Part shown: one piece after another, positions 26,591 to 39,515 of the stretch
How the letters are laid out: each line of letters begins with the position of its first letter
Numbering within the stretch: position 1 is the stretch's first letter
Source of the DNA: Chiloscyllium plagiosum
Lineage: Eukaryota
DNA: 64,000 nucleotides
Direction: 5' to 3'
Assembly (NCBI RefSeq): GCF_004010195.1
Contig: NC_057756.1
Coordinates: 1,172,424-1,236,423, forward strand
Translations under genes and position numbers: made by a program
The notes under the pieces: model-generated
Told to the model about the DNA's origin: nothing
Databases searched by the model: none
What the model saw: only the letters and a program-made list of their open reading frames with translations

Positions 26591-27373
26591 TTCTCAGACT
26601 GGAGGCCTGTGACCAGTGGAGTGCCACAAGGATCGGTGCTGGGTCCTCTACTTTTTGTCATTGACATAAATGATTTGGATCCGAGCATAAGAGATACAGT
26701 TAGTAAGTTTGCAGATGACACCACAATTGGAGATGTAGTGGACAGCGCAGAGGGTTACCACGGATTACAACAGGATCTTGACCAGATGGGCCAATGGGCA
26801 GAGAAGTGGCAGATGGAGTTTAATTCAGATAAATGCGAGGTGCTGCATTTTGGGAAAGCAAATCTAAGCAGGACTTGTACATTTAATGGTAAGGCACTAG
26901 GGAGTGTTGCTGAACAAAGAGACTTTGGAGTGCAGGTTCAAAGCTCCTTGAAAGTGGAGTCACGGGTAGATAGGATAGTGAAGAAGGTGTTTGGTATGCT
27001 TTCTTTAATTGGTCAGAGTATTGAGTACAGGGGTTAGGGTAAATAGACAAAGTCTTTTCCCTGGGGTCGGTGAGTCCAGAACTAGAGGGCATAGGTTTAG
27101 GATGAGAGGGGAAAGATATAAAAGAGATCTAAGGGGCAAGTGTTTCACACAGAGGGTGGTACGTGTATGGAATGAACTGCCAGAGGAAGTGGTGGAGGCT
27201 GGTACAATTACAATATTTAAAAGGCATTTGGATGGGGATATGAATAGGAAGGGTTTGGAGGGATATGGGCCGGGTGCTGGCAGGTGGGACTAGATTGGGT
27301 TGGGATATCTGGTTATCATGGACAGGTTGGACTGAAGGGTCAGTTTCCATGCTGTACATCTCTATGACTCTAT
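26591..27373 (+). mobile_element. CR1 RT/3' end with internal deletion
   Basis: [26 protein letters not shown]; ctctatgactctat tail. Confidence 0.92.
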
Positions 27374-27499
27374 AACTAGGTTACCCACCTACCTCAGTAT
27401 CAAAACAACTCTGAAAAGAGGCATACCTTATAAAATATCTGACAGAAAGTAAACCATAGAATCCATCCTTGTCCTTTCCAATTTGTCAGGAGTCTTTGT

Positions 27500-27850
27500 T
27501 ATGGTTGACTCCACCATCCTCCTCCAAAGCTGTTGTCTGTCTGAGTCGGACGGCACTCGTCTGGTTCTGTACTTATCTAATTGTCACCAGAAAATCTTCA
27601 GTGACTTCCAATCCTTATCCTGCCCCATTAATGCTGGTGTCCTTCAAATATACCTTGGCTCCCTTGTATTTCTCATCTATGCATTGTCTTCTGCAACCGA
27701 CATCCAAAAGTATGTTGACGTCAACACAGCTGACCATCACCACCACCGCCACCATTTGTTCTGACCCACAAATGTCTGAATTGTCAGACCGTGTGTCCAA
27801 AGTGCAATGCTAGAGGAGTAGAATATCCTCCAGAGTAGTATTGTGAAGGC
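27500..27850 (+). mobile_element. Degenerate L2-like RT fragment
   Basis: TALVWFCTYL and GV.Q..LG.L.FLIY-like remnants. Confidence 0.5.
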
Positions 27851-28489
27851 CTTTGGGAAGTTATGTTCCTAAATCTGAACTCATTGTGTGCCTTCTTGCC
27901 ACAAACTATTTCACTGCCATTAAAACAGTCCTTTCCCTGTCAACTGTCTAATGCAAACACAGCCTTTTCACAAACTTGGAAGGGAGACGAGCATCATTGG
28001 ACTTGTAAATCACATGTCCATGGACTGGCTTCCCCTATCATCTACTGAAGCCTTCATCTATGCTGTTTTTAAATTTGGATTGGCACAGAATCTCTACCGT
28101 ATCTCCTGAATTACTCCCAGAAACTTCTGCATTGCTGTGCCACTGTCTTTCCTGCAAGGCTGTTCTCCCAGTCAATTCTACTCCGCTCCTGAATTCACTG
28201 CAACCTCTCTTCTGGGAACTTGGAAGAAGCTCTGCTTTTCTGTCTGTGATTTCTGTTTAAGTTGTGCATCTTATTTGCCTTTGGTGCTAACTGGTTCTCT
28301 CCATAAAGTGTCAATCCCAACTGATTCACTAGTCATCCTTTGAAGATAGGAATTCCCTATCTGGCCTCCCTCTACTCTTAGTATACAGTCTTCAGAATGC
28401 TATTTAAAGCCACCACTTTGAACAAGCGTCTGGTCACACCTCTGTAGTTGCCTTTGTTCAGCTGTAATAGCATTTATCTGTGTATCTAT

Positions 28490-28930
28490 CTTCTCCCTGT
28501 CAATTTGCAATGTAAATTGAATCCTATTGTGGTTACTCCTCCTCCGGGTTCCTTCACCTTAAGCTCCCTCATCGAGTCTGCCTCATTGCATAACACTAAG
28601 TCCAGTATTGCCTGTTCCCCAGTGGGCTCCACCACAAGCTCGCTCCAAAAAGTCATCTTGTAGACAACCCACAAATTTATTTTCTTGCAGTCCATTATGA
28701 ACTTGGTTTTCCCAGTCCACCTGCATATTGAAATCCCCCATGATCACAGTAACTTTGCCTTGCCTACACATCTTTCCTATCTCCTGTTGTATCTTGTGCC
28801 CCAGCTCCTGACTACCATTTGGAGGCCTGTGCATAACTCCAGCTATGGTTTTTTAACCTATGCACTTCCTCAATTCTGCCCACACAGATTTTACCCAATC
28901 TGACCCTACTTCGTTTCTTACTATTGATTT
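28490..28930 (-). mobile_element. CR1 endonuclease fragment
   Basis: HRPPN, IMGDFNMQVDW, EPTGEQAILDLVLCNE. Confidence 0.85.
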
Positions 28931-29380
28931 AATTCTGCCATACCTTGCATTTTATTTTAGCGTTTAATACACTGTGACTTCTGTTCTAGAAATGCTAACT
29001 CTGAAGAAGCTCTGCTTTTCTGTCTGTGATTTCTGTTGAAGTCGTATTTGGCGTTTATTGGTTCCCTCCATAAAGTGTCAATCCAAACTGATACACTAGT
29101 CATCCTTTGGAGAAAGGAATTCCCTGTCTGGCCTCCCTCTACTCTTACTGTACAGTTTTCAGCAAGCTGTTTAAAGCCACTACTTTGAACAAGCATTTGG
29201 TCACCTCACCCAATATCTTCTCATGCACCAAGAGTGGCAGGTTGTGTCTTTTTTTCAACAATCAAAACACAGTTCCCACGAAGCTATCTTAAAATTCCAG
29301 ATTATATTGAATTCAGATTTCACCACCTGCCATGTCAGAATTTGAAACTATGTCGCCAAGCTTTGGGTTCTGGATCACCA

Positions 29381-29703
29381 TGTAGAAAGTGAGGACTGCA
29401 GATGCAGGAGATCAGAGGTGAGAGTGTGGTGCTGGAAAAGCATAGTTGATCAGGCAGCATCCGAGGAGCAGGAGAATCGACATTTCAGGCAGAAACCCTC
29501 CATCAGGAATAAGGCTTGTGGGCCGGGGGAGCTGAGAGATAAATGGGAGGGGGGGTGGGGCTGGGGGGGGAAGGTAGCTGAGAATTCAATAGGTAGTTGA
29601 AGGTGAGGGAGAGGGTGATAGGTCAGGGAGGAGAGTGGAGTAGATAGATGGGAAAGACGATGCTCAGGTCAAGAGGGCGGTGCCGAGTTGGAAGCTTGGA
29701 CTG
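29381..29703 (-). mobile_element. Penelope terminal fragment
   Basis: same terminal sequence as 14160 copy; GGATCACCA at 29372-29380 and 29704-29712. Confidence 0.8.
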
Positions 29704-30598
29704 GGATCACCACTCCAATGTTACATTCCAGCTCCTGCTCCCAGCAGTGATAATGACTATGGACTCATAGTTGAGAGGGCCATACACAGGGGCAGAGTTT
29801 CAAACCTCACCATCACAGCTTGCCCTTTAAATTAAATTCTTCATACCTCGATCTAAAAGCTAATGTCATTAATAGTAGCCATAAAATATCATTGACTGCT
29901 GTTAAGGCAAAAACGGAATTCTGCTTAATTTCGTATCCTTCAGGGAATGAATCGCTGTCCTTACTTAGGATATGTAATCCAGAGTGTGAAATGGCCAAGC
30001 AATCCATTCAGCTTATGGGCAGTTAGGAATGTGCGACAAATGCTGGCCTTCTCGGCTGCATCCTTTTGAAAGAATAAAATAAACTGAAGGAGGCTACATT
30101 GTCTCTTGAACTTATTTCATTGTTCAGTTAGACCATGACTGACCCATATCATAAATCCGTCTCGCCACGTGGGATCTTTAACCCTTTACATGCCCTGACG
30201 CAACAATAAAATCAGTCTCAATATCTGAAATGTTTAACTGTACATCAGCTGCAGTAGATTGCTTTAGGTGGATGGTTATGCTTTTGACAACCTTTTTCTG
30301 ATGATATCACCCCAGTTACCTGACTAACCTAACCCGACTGCAATTGAAGCCTTTGTTCTGAAGTCCTGTATTTAAGGAAATACTCTCGTCCCACACCAAC
30401 GTGGTTGACTCTTTACTCAGTCCGTGAAGTGACCCAAGGATACACTTAGTTTTTCAACTCAAGAAGGCAACCTGCCATCAGGGTTTTGGGGCCACTGGAT
30501 CTGGGCAAAAGCTGCTTGCCTTTGCCAATGAAGCCCATGTCTTTGGAAGGCACAAGTAGCAACAACTATTGACAAGCTTTCTCGGTTTCAATTTTCAG

Positions 30599-30755
30599 TT
30601 TTGAGTCTGGAAGTACGTGTAGTGATCGCCAGACGGACATCAACTCGCTGCTCCTCGGGAATGATCCGCCCGACTCGCTCGGCATTCTGGGCAATGCCAG
30701 CGGTAGAAATCCGGAAAGTCTGACCAAGATCATCAGCCCAGTGCCCGAGGCTTTG
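30599..30755 (+). CDS. TCTN3: Tectonic-3-like coding exon
   Basis: attttcag| acceptor, TTG|gtaatc donor; FESGSTCSDRQTDINSLLLGNDPPDSLGILGNASGRNPESLTKIISPVPEAL (CS..Q..I...L.G...P....I.GNA motif); phase 2-0; not in the ORF track. Confidence 0.9.
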
Positions 30756-31029
30756 GTAATCCAAACATCCCTCACCTCCCTGACCAGATATCTGACTGTC
30801 ACAAAGGCTGGGTCTTGGAGGGAGAAGGTTTGGATCATTTCTGGGTCAGATTGCAGCGGGCTGAGTAGTAGTGGTGGTGAAAGGTGGGGTTACAAGGATC
30901 GTACCACTCCAAGCATGGTGGGTGGGGTTCATTGCTGGAGGGGCAGGAAAGTGGAAATGTATGGGTGGGTTCACTGTTGGAGAGGAAGGAAAGAAAACAT
31001 AAGGGTCAGGCTATTCCAAGACCAAGGTC

Positions 31030-32100
31030 CAGGTAACATAGGAATTAGGAGCGGTATCATGCAATTCATCCCTTCAAGCCCGCTCTGCCATTTAACATGG
31101 TCATTGCTGATGTTATCCTCGTCTCAGCTCCACTTTCTTGCCTGCGCCCCATAGCCCTTTGTACCCCTTTTCATCAGATAACTTTTTTTTCACCTCCACT
31201 GCACTCTAGATCAGCAAGTTCCACAGATTCCCAACCCTCTGACAGTACTAGTTTCTCCTCATCTTAGTTTTGAACCTACCTCCTCTTAACTGTGACCTCA
31301 TGTCTGAGACGATCCCACAAGGGGGATCATCTGTTCAACATCCACTTTATCAATCCTCTTTAGCATTTTATATTCCTCAATCAGATATCCTCTTCATTCT
31401 TTTGAACCTGAGTCAGTACAAGCCTAAGCTATTCAACCGTTCCTCATACGACAGCCCTTTCATCCCTGGAATCAATCTGGTAAACCTACTGTGAATTGCT
31501 TCCAGGGCTACCAAATCCTCCCTCAAGTAAGGAGACCAAAACTGAACATACTACTCCCAATATGGCCTCACCAACACCTGATATAATTGTAACAACACTT
31601 CTTCAGTTTTATAATCCAGTCCTTTTGCAATAAATGTCAGGATTCTGTTTGCCTTTCTTATTATGTGATTAGATTAGATTCCCTACAGTGTGGAAACAGG
31701 CCCTTCGGCCCAACCAGTCCACAACGACCCTCCGAAGAGCAGCCTACCCAGAACCATTTCCCTCCAAATGGTGCACCTAACAGTATGGGCAATTTAGCAT
31801 GGCCAATTCACCTGGATTGTGGGTGGAAACCGGAGTACCCGGAGGAAACCAACGCAGACACTGGGAGAACGTGCAAACTCCACAAGGACAGTCACCCAAG
31901 GCTGGAATCAAACCTGGGAGCCTGGTGCTGTGAGGCAGCAGTGCTAACCACTGAGCCATCATGTCGCCTCATGCTGCACCCACATACCCACTTTCTGTGA
32001 TTCAGGCAGAAGGAAGCCCAAATCCCTCTGAACTGCATTTTGAGTCTGCTTCCTACCTGAATAATAATTTGCCCTTTTATTTTCCCAGCTAAAATGGATA
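31030..32100 (-). mobile_element. CR1 3' fragment containing an HE1-like SINE (about 31665-31968)
   Basis: CR1 3' homology on both sides of a SINE with A/B boxes. Confidence 0.82.
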
Positions 32101-32329
32101 GCAAAAGTTTTGGAGTGTTGAATTCCTAAAGCTGGGAGAAGAAAGGGTCATCTCATCTCAGGGAGGCAGGAAGATGTGTGAGATCACTCCCTATGACCTG
32201 GGGAAAATGATTTGGAATTGTTCTGGATCGATGAGAAGGAAGAGATGTCAGCTTGTTCATGTGGAGAAGTCTTCTGCCGTTGAAACATTCATGGACAGAG
32301 GAGTGATGAGGCATTGCATGATTCTTAGA

Positions 32330-32900
32330 AGAGTAATAATTGATTGGGCTATTGGCTGGAGAGGGGAATCATAGTTTGTCTGTTCCTAGAGTGAGGCATG
32401 ATAATGGATTAGATCATTTCTGGGAAGAAACTTAGATTGGGCCATTCCCAGAGGGAGAGAGGGGGAAAGGTGGATTGACCCATTCCTGTGAGTGTAGAAG
32501 TAATGTTTTGGACCATTTCCCAGAGGGATAATGATGGTTTGGGTCATTCTTTGGATGGAAAGCGATAGCTTGGGCCATTCCCAGAGAGAAGCATAATAAT
32601 TAGACTATTTTCTGAGCAGAGGGTCATGTTGGATTGGATTGGGCCACTCTTGGAGAGAGGGGTAATGGTAAGTTTGACAATGGAGATGATGAATTGGACT
32701 ACGCCTGGGAAAGAGGTGTTGATGGATTAGGCCACTTAGAGGGAAAGGTAATGATGTCTGGATCATTCTTGGAGGGTGATAATGAGTCGGGCCATTCTTG
32801 GAGAGAGAGGTAAAAATACATTGGCCATTAAGAGAGGGGTAATAGGTTGGATCATTTGGACTGTGGTGATGATGACTTGGACCATTCCTGGGGAACTGGA
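32330..32900. repeat. Degenerate ~32-bp tandem repeat
   Basis: recurring ggattgggccattc..ggagagagg..atgat units. Confidence 0.7.
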
Positions 32901-33325
32901 AGAAGGATTAAGATGATTTACAGAGATGTGGGAGTGGAATTTTTCTCCTGTCAAGCAAGGAAAAAAATAAGGATGCAAATAATTAAGAGCAAATAGCATG
33001 GGGTTGAAAGAGAAATCCTAAATAATGGGATGTCTCCCTTTAAAGCAGTTCTCTGGCAATATCGTTTTCCCTCTAAAGAGATTTTTGAACGTGTAAGCTT
33101 TCTTGTAATGACGCTCTTGACAACGAGATTTTCTCTGTCCCTCTGTGGGGTGGGATCTGAGGAACGAATGGCCTAGTTGCAGCTACTGTATTTAAAGGGG
33201 CAGCTGAGAACAAGGTTCACGCCAAGCTTTGTGATCTAATCTTGAAAATCAGCCCCCATTCCACTCCCCCTTGTTTTTAGTTCAATGTTGCTGAAGTACT
33301 TAATCCGCCATTTTTTCCTTTGCAG

Positions 33326-33463
33326 AATGTGAACTGTCAGTCCAGTTGCACCCTGGCTACTGCTTTAGAGATTCAGATTCTGTGGGCAAACGTGGGCCCT
33401 CTCGCCAATCCCCAGGCAGCAGTGTTAGGTGCCCGTTTCCACTACCAGAAGCAAGATGTACAG
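33326..33463 (+). CDS. TCTN3: Tectonic-3-like coding exon
   Basis: ttttcctttgcag| acceptor, CAG|gttagt donor; NVNCQSSCTLATALEIQILWANVGPLANPQAAVLGARFHYQKQDVQ (LEIQ.LWA.VG.L.NPQA.V.G.RF.YQ motif); 138 nt. Confidence 0.95.
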
Positions 33464-34204
33464 GTTAGTTCAGAAGCAAACAAGGAACTGACGTTATATC
33501 TTTAGAAATCATTTGATTATGTCCTCATCTGGGGGAATCATACTCTCACAAGGGTAACAACAACTTGGAGAGGACACAGAGAAGATTTACCAGCACTTTC
33601 TTTACATTGTTCTGTACAACTTGGGAGATGCTGATTTTGCCAGTATTTATTACTGCTCTGTGAAGATGGTGATGAGCTGTCTTGAATCTCTGCAGCCCTT
33701 GTCATCTCGGATACCCATAACACTGTCCAGGATATTGATCCAGTGACAGTGAAGGAATGATGATAAATGTTTGATCACTGGAACACAATGGTCACTATCA
33801 GAGACCCGTTCAGCACCCACTCTCTGGGAGTTGGTTGATCATAGCTCCCTTCCAGCAAAACTGGAGCTTGATGTACACGGGCATAAGACTGGGCAAAATT
33901 CATGGAGACCCTAGGCTCCCCAAGCATCAGGAGTTCCCCGTTTGAAACCTCAGCTCCCAGCCACACACCAGCCTGACTTGGAAACGTTTCGCCATTCCTT
34001 GAATGTCACTGAGTCAAAGTCCCAGCCCTCCTCCTGAACATCAATGTGGGTTTAGCTACAGCAAACTGATTGCAGTGATTTAGGAAGGCAGTACACCGCC
34101 ACTATCTTAAGGGCAACTTGGGATCAACAATAAATGATGGTCCAGCCAGATGCCCACATCCCACGAATGAATAAGAAAAATATAAAAGCACCATGTTTGG
34201 CACT

Positions 34205-34917
34205 GATTAGATTAAATTAGATTCCCTACAGTATGGAAACAGGCACTTCGGCCCAATAAGTCCACGCTGACCCTCCGAAGAGTAACCCACACAGACCCAT
34301 TCCCCCGCTCTATATGTACCTCTGACTAATGCACCTAACACTATGGGCAATTTATCAAGGCCAATTCATCTGACCTGCACATCTTTGGATTGTGGGAGGA
34401 AACCGGAGCACCCGGAGGAATCCCACGCAGACATGGGGAGAACGTGCAAACTCCGCACAGACAGTTCCTTGAGGCAGGAATTGAACCCAGGTCCCTGATT
34501 CTGTGAGGCAGTAGTGCTCACCACTGAGCTACCGTGCCGCCCCAAAGTAAGTTAATTAGCTCTTCATCTCACAGATTTTCATATAATCATACTATCCCTA
34601 CTCTGTGGAAAGAGGCCATTTGGCCCGTAGAGTCCAGACCATCCCTTCAAAGGCCACTCCACCCTATCCCCATAATTACCATGGTTAACCCGTGTAGCCT
34701 GCGCATCCCCAGACACTATGGACAATTTCCCACGGCCAATCCACCTAACCCGCACATCTTTAGACTGTGGAAGGAAACCAGTGTACCCAGAGGAAACCCA
34801 CACAGACACTGGAAGAATATGCAAACTCCACACAGACAGTCATCCAAGGCTGGAATCGAACCCGGGTCCCTGGCACAGTGAGGGAGCAATGCTAATCACT
34901 GAGCCACCATGCCATCC
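34205..34917 (-). mobile_element. Two adjacent HE1-like SINEs (about 34205-34542 and 34580-34917)
   Basis: two complete SINE heads and bodies in the same orientation. Confidence 0.88.
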
Positions 34918-34989
34918 TGATATGGTTATAGCTATTATCGAACAGCTGGTATACTTCTACATCAATCTGCTTTTCAACTTCACTCAACC

Positions 34990-35945
34990 TAGGGAACTTT
35001 TATTGGGTACAGTACAGAGGGAACTTTACGTTCCATCTATCCCCATGTTGGACCTTCCCTGCAAATATTTGATGGGAATAATGTAGGAAAAGCTTTATCA
35101 TACGCTGGACATACTCAGGGAATGTTTAATGGGGACAGTGTCAACAGAGCTTTCTTTTCAGTTTTCAAAGAGAACTCTGTATCTGAACCCGTGCTGTCTC
35201 TGTCTTCAGTGTTTGATGGGGGCAGTGTTGAGAAAGCTTTAATTTCAGTTTAAAATAGTAGAGGGAGCTTTTCTTGATATCTAATTAAATATAGTGCTGT
35301 ACCTATCCTGGGAGTGTTTGATGGGGACAGTATATAGAGAACATTACTTCCAGTTTAAAAAGAAGTTTTATGTTCAGTTTAGAAGAAGAGAGGAAGGTTT
35401 ACTCTCTAACCCCATGCTCCCTGTCCTTGGAGCATTTGCTAGAGACAGTGCAGAGAGAGCTTTATTTTCAATTTACTTTTATCTTAAAAGAATAGAGGTA
35501 GCCACATGCTGTCCTTCCAAAGCGAATGTTTGATGGGGACGGTGTTGAGGAAGGGTTAATTTCAGTTTAATAGAGCAGAGGAATCCTTCATCTGTATCTG
35601 ACCTCATGCTGTCTCTTTCCTTGGACTACCTAATGGGTACAATGTCTTCTTCATAGCTTTCTTCTTTGCCTAACCCCATGCTGCACCTGCCCTGGGAGTG
35701 TTTAATGGAGACAGTGTCGAAGGAGCATTATCCTGTATCTAACACTATGCTGTGGATGTCCTGCGAGTGTTTGATAAGGCTATTGTTGAGGTAGCTTCAC
35801 TCTATATCTAACCCTGTGCTGGACCTGACCCAGAAGTTTGATGGAGACAGAGAATAACTTTGTATTAACCTTGGTCTGGACCTACCTTGGGAGTGTTTGA
35901 TGGGGACAGTGAAGGGGAAGCTTTAGTTTCAGTTTAAAAGAGTCT
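34990..35945. repeat. Degenerate ~60-65-bp satellite-like array
   Basis: recurring ctttactctgtatctaaccc.tgctgt...gggagtgtttgatggggacagtg; related units at about 10410-10640, 36300-36430, 40960-41100, 41660-41900. Confidence 0.8.
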
Positions 35946-35971
35946 AGAGAACTTTATGCTGTATATATGGT

Positions 35972-36297
35972 GGGGTGCACGGTGGCACAGTGGTTAGCAC
36001 TGCTGCCTCACAGCGCCTGAGACCCGGGTTCAATTCCTGCCTCAGGCGACTGACTGTGTGGAGTTTGCACGTTCTCCCCATGCCTGCGTGGGTTTCCTCC
36101 GGGTGCTCCGGTTTCCTCCCACAGTCCAAAGATGTGCAGGTCAGGTGAATTGGCCATGCTAAATTGCCCGTAGTGTTAGGTAAGGGGTAAATGTAGGGGC
36201 ATGTGTGGGTTGCGCTTCAGCGGGTCGGTGTTGTCTTGTTGGGCCGAAGGCCCTGTTTCCACGCTGTAATGTAATGTAATCTAAAAATCTAATCTAA
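35972..36297 (+). mobile_element. HE1-like SINE (young-looking)
   Basis: intact A/B boxes, retained CpGs, taatc/taatg tail. Confidence 0.9.
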
Positions 36298-36429
36298 CTC
36301 TGAGGTGTCCCCATGGACTGTTTACGGGAAAAATGATGAGGAAGGTTTACTTTCAGATATACTTCTACATCAATCCGCTTTTCAACTTCACTTTTCAACA
36401 TACTTTTAAAGAGTAGAGCCAATTTTACT

Positions 36430-37250
36430 CTGCTGTTGTTGGAAGCTGGAGCTTGGAATCTCACCTCTTGCTAATGCTATTGATTGGGGCCCAGTACTTG
36501 AACCCTCTCCTGCTCAAGTCTGGAGCCACTCCTGCTGGAGTCTCTTTCTTGCTAGAGCCTGGAGCCACTCCTCTGGAGCCCAGATACGCTCCAGTGGGTG
36601 ACTGGCACCTCTCCTGTTGCTAATGTTTGGGGTCGAGAACCTGTTTTGTTCTTGACTGAGAATCTGTTGTTACCTGGGGCCTAGTGCTTCTACTACTATT
36701 TGGAGCCTCTCCTGTTACTGGCTAGAGTCTAGAACCATTTGCTATTGCTGTGCTACGGATTGGTTTTAGAGCCTCAGGTGCTACTGTTGTCTGGAGGCTG
36801 TAATCTCTACTGCCGCCTGAGGCCTGGTGCCTCAAATGCCACCTGCGGCCTTTACTGCCACCGAGGGCCTGGGGCCTCAACTATTACCTGGGACTTAGTC
36901 CCTCTCCTGCAGCCTGAGGCCTGGGGCCTAGATGTGCTACTGCTGCATGGGGCCTGGTGCCTCGACAGCCACTGGGAGCCTGGAGCTTCATATAGCCGCC
37001 TAGAGCCTAGATCCGCTATAGCCACCAGGAGCCTTGTACAGCCACTGGCAGCCTGATGCCGCTGCAGCCACTTGGCCCCGGATCCATTACTGCTGCCTGT
37101 GGCCTGGATCCGCTACAGCCGCCTGTGGCCTGGATCCGCTACAGCCGCCTGTGGCCTGGATCCGCTACAGCCGCCTGTGGCCTGGATCAGCTACAGCTGC
37201 CTGGGGCCTGGGTCCACTACAGCCGTGTGGGGCCTGGATCTGCTATAGCC
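36430..37250. repeat. 26-bp minisatellite (CCTGTGGCCTGGATCCGCTACAGCCG)n, degenerate towards the 5' side
   Basis: units begin at 37096, 37122, 37148, 37174. Confidence 0.85.
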
Positions 37251-37289
37251 TGAAAAGACTGTTGGCTCCTTGGCGCATACACGAGTCGC

Positions 37290-37720
37290 AGGTCCATTTC
37301 CTCCATGACCTAGACCTCAGCTCCCCTGTCTTCTACTCGCTGGAAAAAAGCCAGGTCAGCCCAGAGGGTAGCTGACTGACACCTACAACCAGCTGTCCAG
37401 GGGCAAGTCTTTGGGGCCAGAAGGACTGACTGTAGAATTCCTCAGGGATTTCTGGGACATCCTGGGGATGTATGGGGTGTGCAACTATGCACAGGTCCTC
37501 GGAAATGTATCACAACCGGAGAGTTGGCCCTTTCTTGCTGCAGGGCCGTGGTCATTCTGACCAGCAAAGGGGCTCACCGTTTGTAAAGAAAACTGCTATC
37601 TGGTCACCCTCCTCAGCACAGAGTACAAAACTATTGGCACACTGCTTTCATCTTGCCTCTGCACTGTACTGGACCACATGATTCACCCAGAATGATTCTT
37701 TCCTGTCCCAGCCAGAGCAT
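37290..37720 (+). mobile_element. Tx1/L1-clade LINE RT fragment
   Basis: manual translation: RGKSLGPEGLTVEFLRDFWDILG, N..VTLLSTEYK, LDHMIHPE. Confidence 0.72.
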
Positions 37721-37739
37721 CCACCTGGACTGGGATGTA

Positions 37740-39515
37740 AGACAATGAGACATAAGAGCAGAAATTAAGACATTCAGCCCATCGAGTCTGCTCCGCCATT
37801 CAATCACGGCTGATAAGTTTCTGAACCCCATTCTCCTGTTTTCTCCCCATAATCCTTGATTCCCTCGATACTCAAGAACCTATCTATCTCAGTCTCAAAT
37901 ATACTCGATGAGCTGACCTCCACAGCCTTCTTTGGTAATGAATTCCATAGATTCACCATTCTCTGGCTGTAGAAATTTCTCCTTACTTCCATTCTAAAAG
38001 GTCTTCCCTTTACTCTAAGGGTATGCCCTCTGGTCTTGATATCTTATACCAATGGAAACATTTTCCCATCGTCTACTCTGTCCAGGCCATTCAGTATTCT
38101 GCATGTTTCAATTAGTTGTCCTGTCATCCTTCTGAACTCCTTCGAATATAAACCCAGAGTCCTCAAACAGTCCTGGGACCATTCTCTTGAACCTCGTCTG
38201 AACACGCTCCAGAACCAGTACATTCTTCATCAGATATGGGGCCCAAAACTGCGCACAACACTCCAAATATGATCTGACCAGAGCCTTATAGAGCCTCAGA
38301 GTACATCCCTGCTTTTATATTCAAGTCCTCTTCTCAAAATAAATGCCATCATTGCTTTTGCCATTTCAACTACTGGCACAACCTGCAAGCTTACCATGAA
38401 AGAATCCTGTACTAGAACTCCCAAGTCTCTTTGCACTTCAGACTTCTGAATTTTCCCCCGATTTAGAAGATAGTCCATGCCTCTATTCTTCCTATTCTTC
38501 CTCACACTTTGCCACATTGTCTCCATCTGCCACTTCTTTACTCTCCTAACCTGTCCAAATCCTTCTGCAGCCTCCCCCTGTCTCTTTACCTATTGTCTGC
38601 AAACTTATCCAGAATGCCCTCAGTTGCTTCATCTAGATCATTAATGTATAAATTGAAAAGTTGTGGTCCCAACATTAAGCCTTCCAGAACACCACTTGCC
38701 ACTGGCTGAGAAGGACCCTTTTCATAGATTATAGCAGATCATACTTCAGAGAATACCTAAGGTATGGAAACATGCCTTTCGGCCCAATAAGTATACATCA
38801 ACTCTCTGACAAGTAACCCACCCAGACCCATTTCCCCTCTGACTAATGTACCTAACACTGTGCAATTTAGCATGGCCAATTTACCTGACCTGCGCGTCTT
38901 TGGACTGTGGGAGGAAACCGGAGCACCTAGTGGAAACCCATGCAGACACGGAGAATGTGCAAACTCCACACAGTCGCCCAAGGCTGGAATCGAACCCTAT
39001 ATCTGTGAGGCAACAGTGCTAACCACTGAGCCACCATGCCACCCTAATCAAATATTCAGCAATGCCCCAACGTTTCCTCATTTTACTCAGCAGCCTCCTG
39101 TGCAGCACCTTGGCAAAGGCACTCTGGAAGTCCAGATAGATAACATCCATTGGCTCTCCTTGGTCTAACCTGTTCGTTACTTCCTTAAAGAATTCAAGCA
39201 GATTTGTCAGGCAAGACCTATCCTTGATGAAACTATGCTGACTTTGTTCCATTTTACCACACGCTTTCAAGTATTCAGAAATATCATCCTTCAAAATGGA
39301 TTCTAGTATCCATGACCGAAGTTAGGCTAATTGGTCATAATTTTCCATCTTTTGCCTTACTCCCTTTTTAAACGGGATGTCACAGTAGCGATTTTTCCAG
39401 TCCTCTGGGACCCTTCCTGATTGCAGCGATTCCTGAAAGATCACAACGAGTGCCTCCATTGTCTCTTCAGCTATCTCCCTTAGAACTCTGGGTTGTAGTC
39501 AATCTGGTCCAGGTG
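37740..39515 (-). mobile_element. CR1 RT/3' fragment containing an HE1-like SINE (about 38745-39043)
   Basis: SCLTNLLEFF, DVIYLDFQSAFAKV. Confidence 0.9.

Noticed and set aside
32929..33257. Possible Harbinger-type MITE (gggagtggaatttt...gaaaatcagcccc)
   Set aside because: Termini too degenerate and no clear target duplication
35972..36045. tRNA-like A/B boxes
   Set aside because: SINE heads followed by SINE body; not tRNA genes
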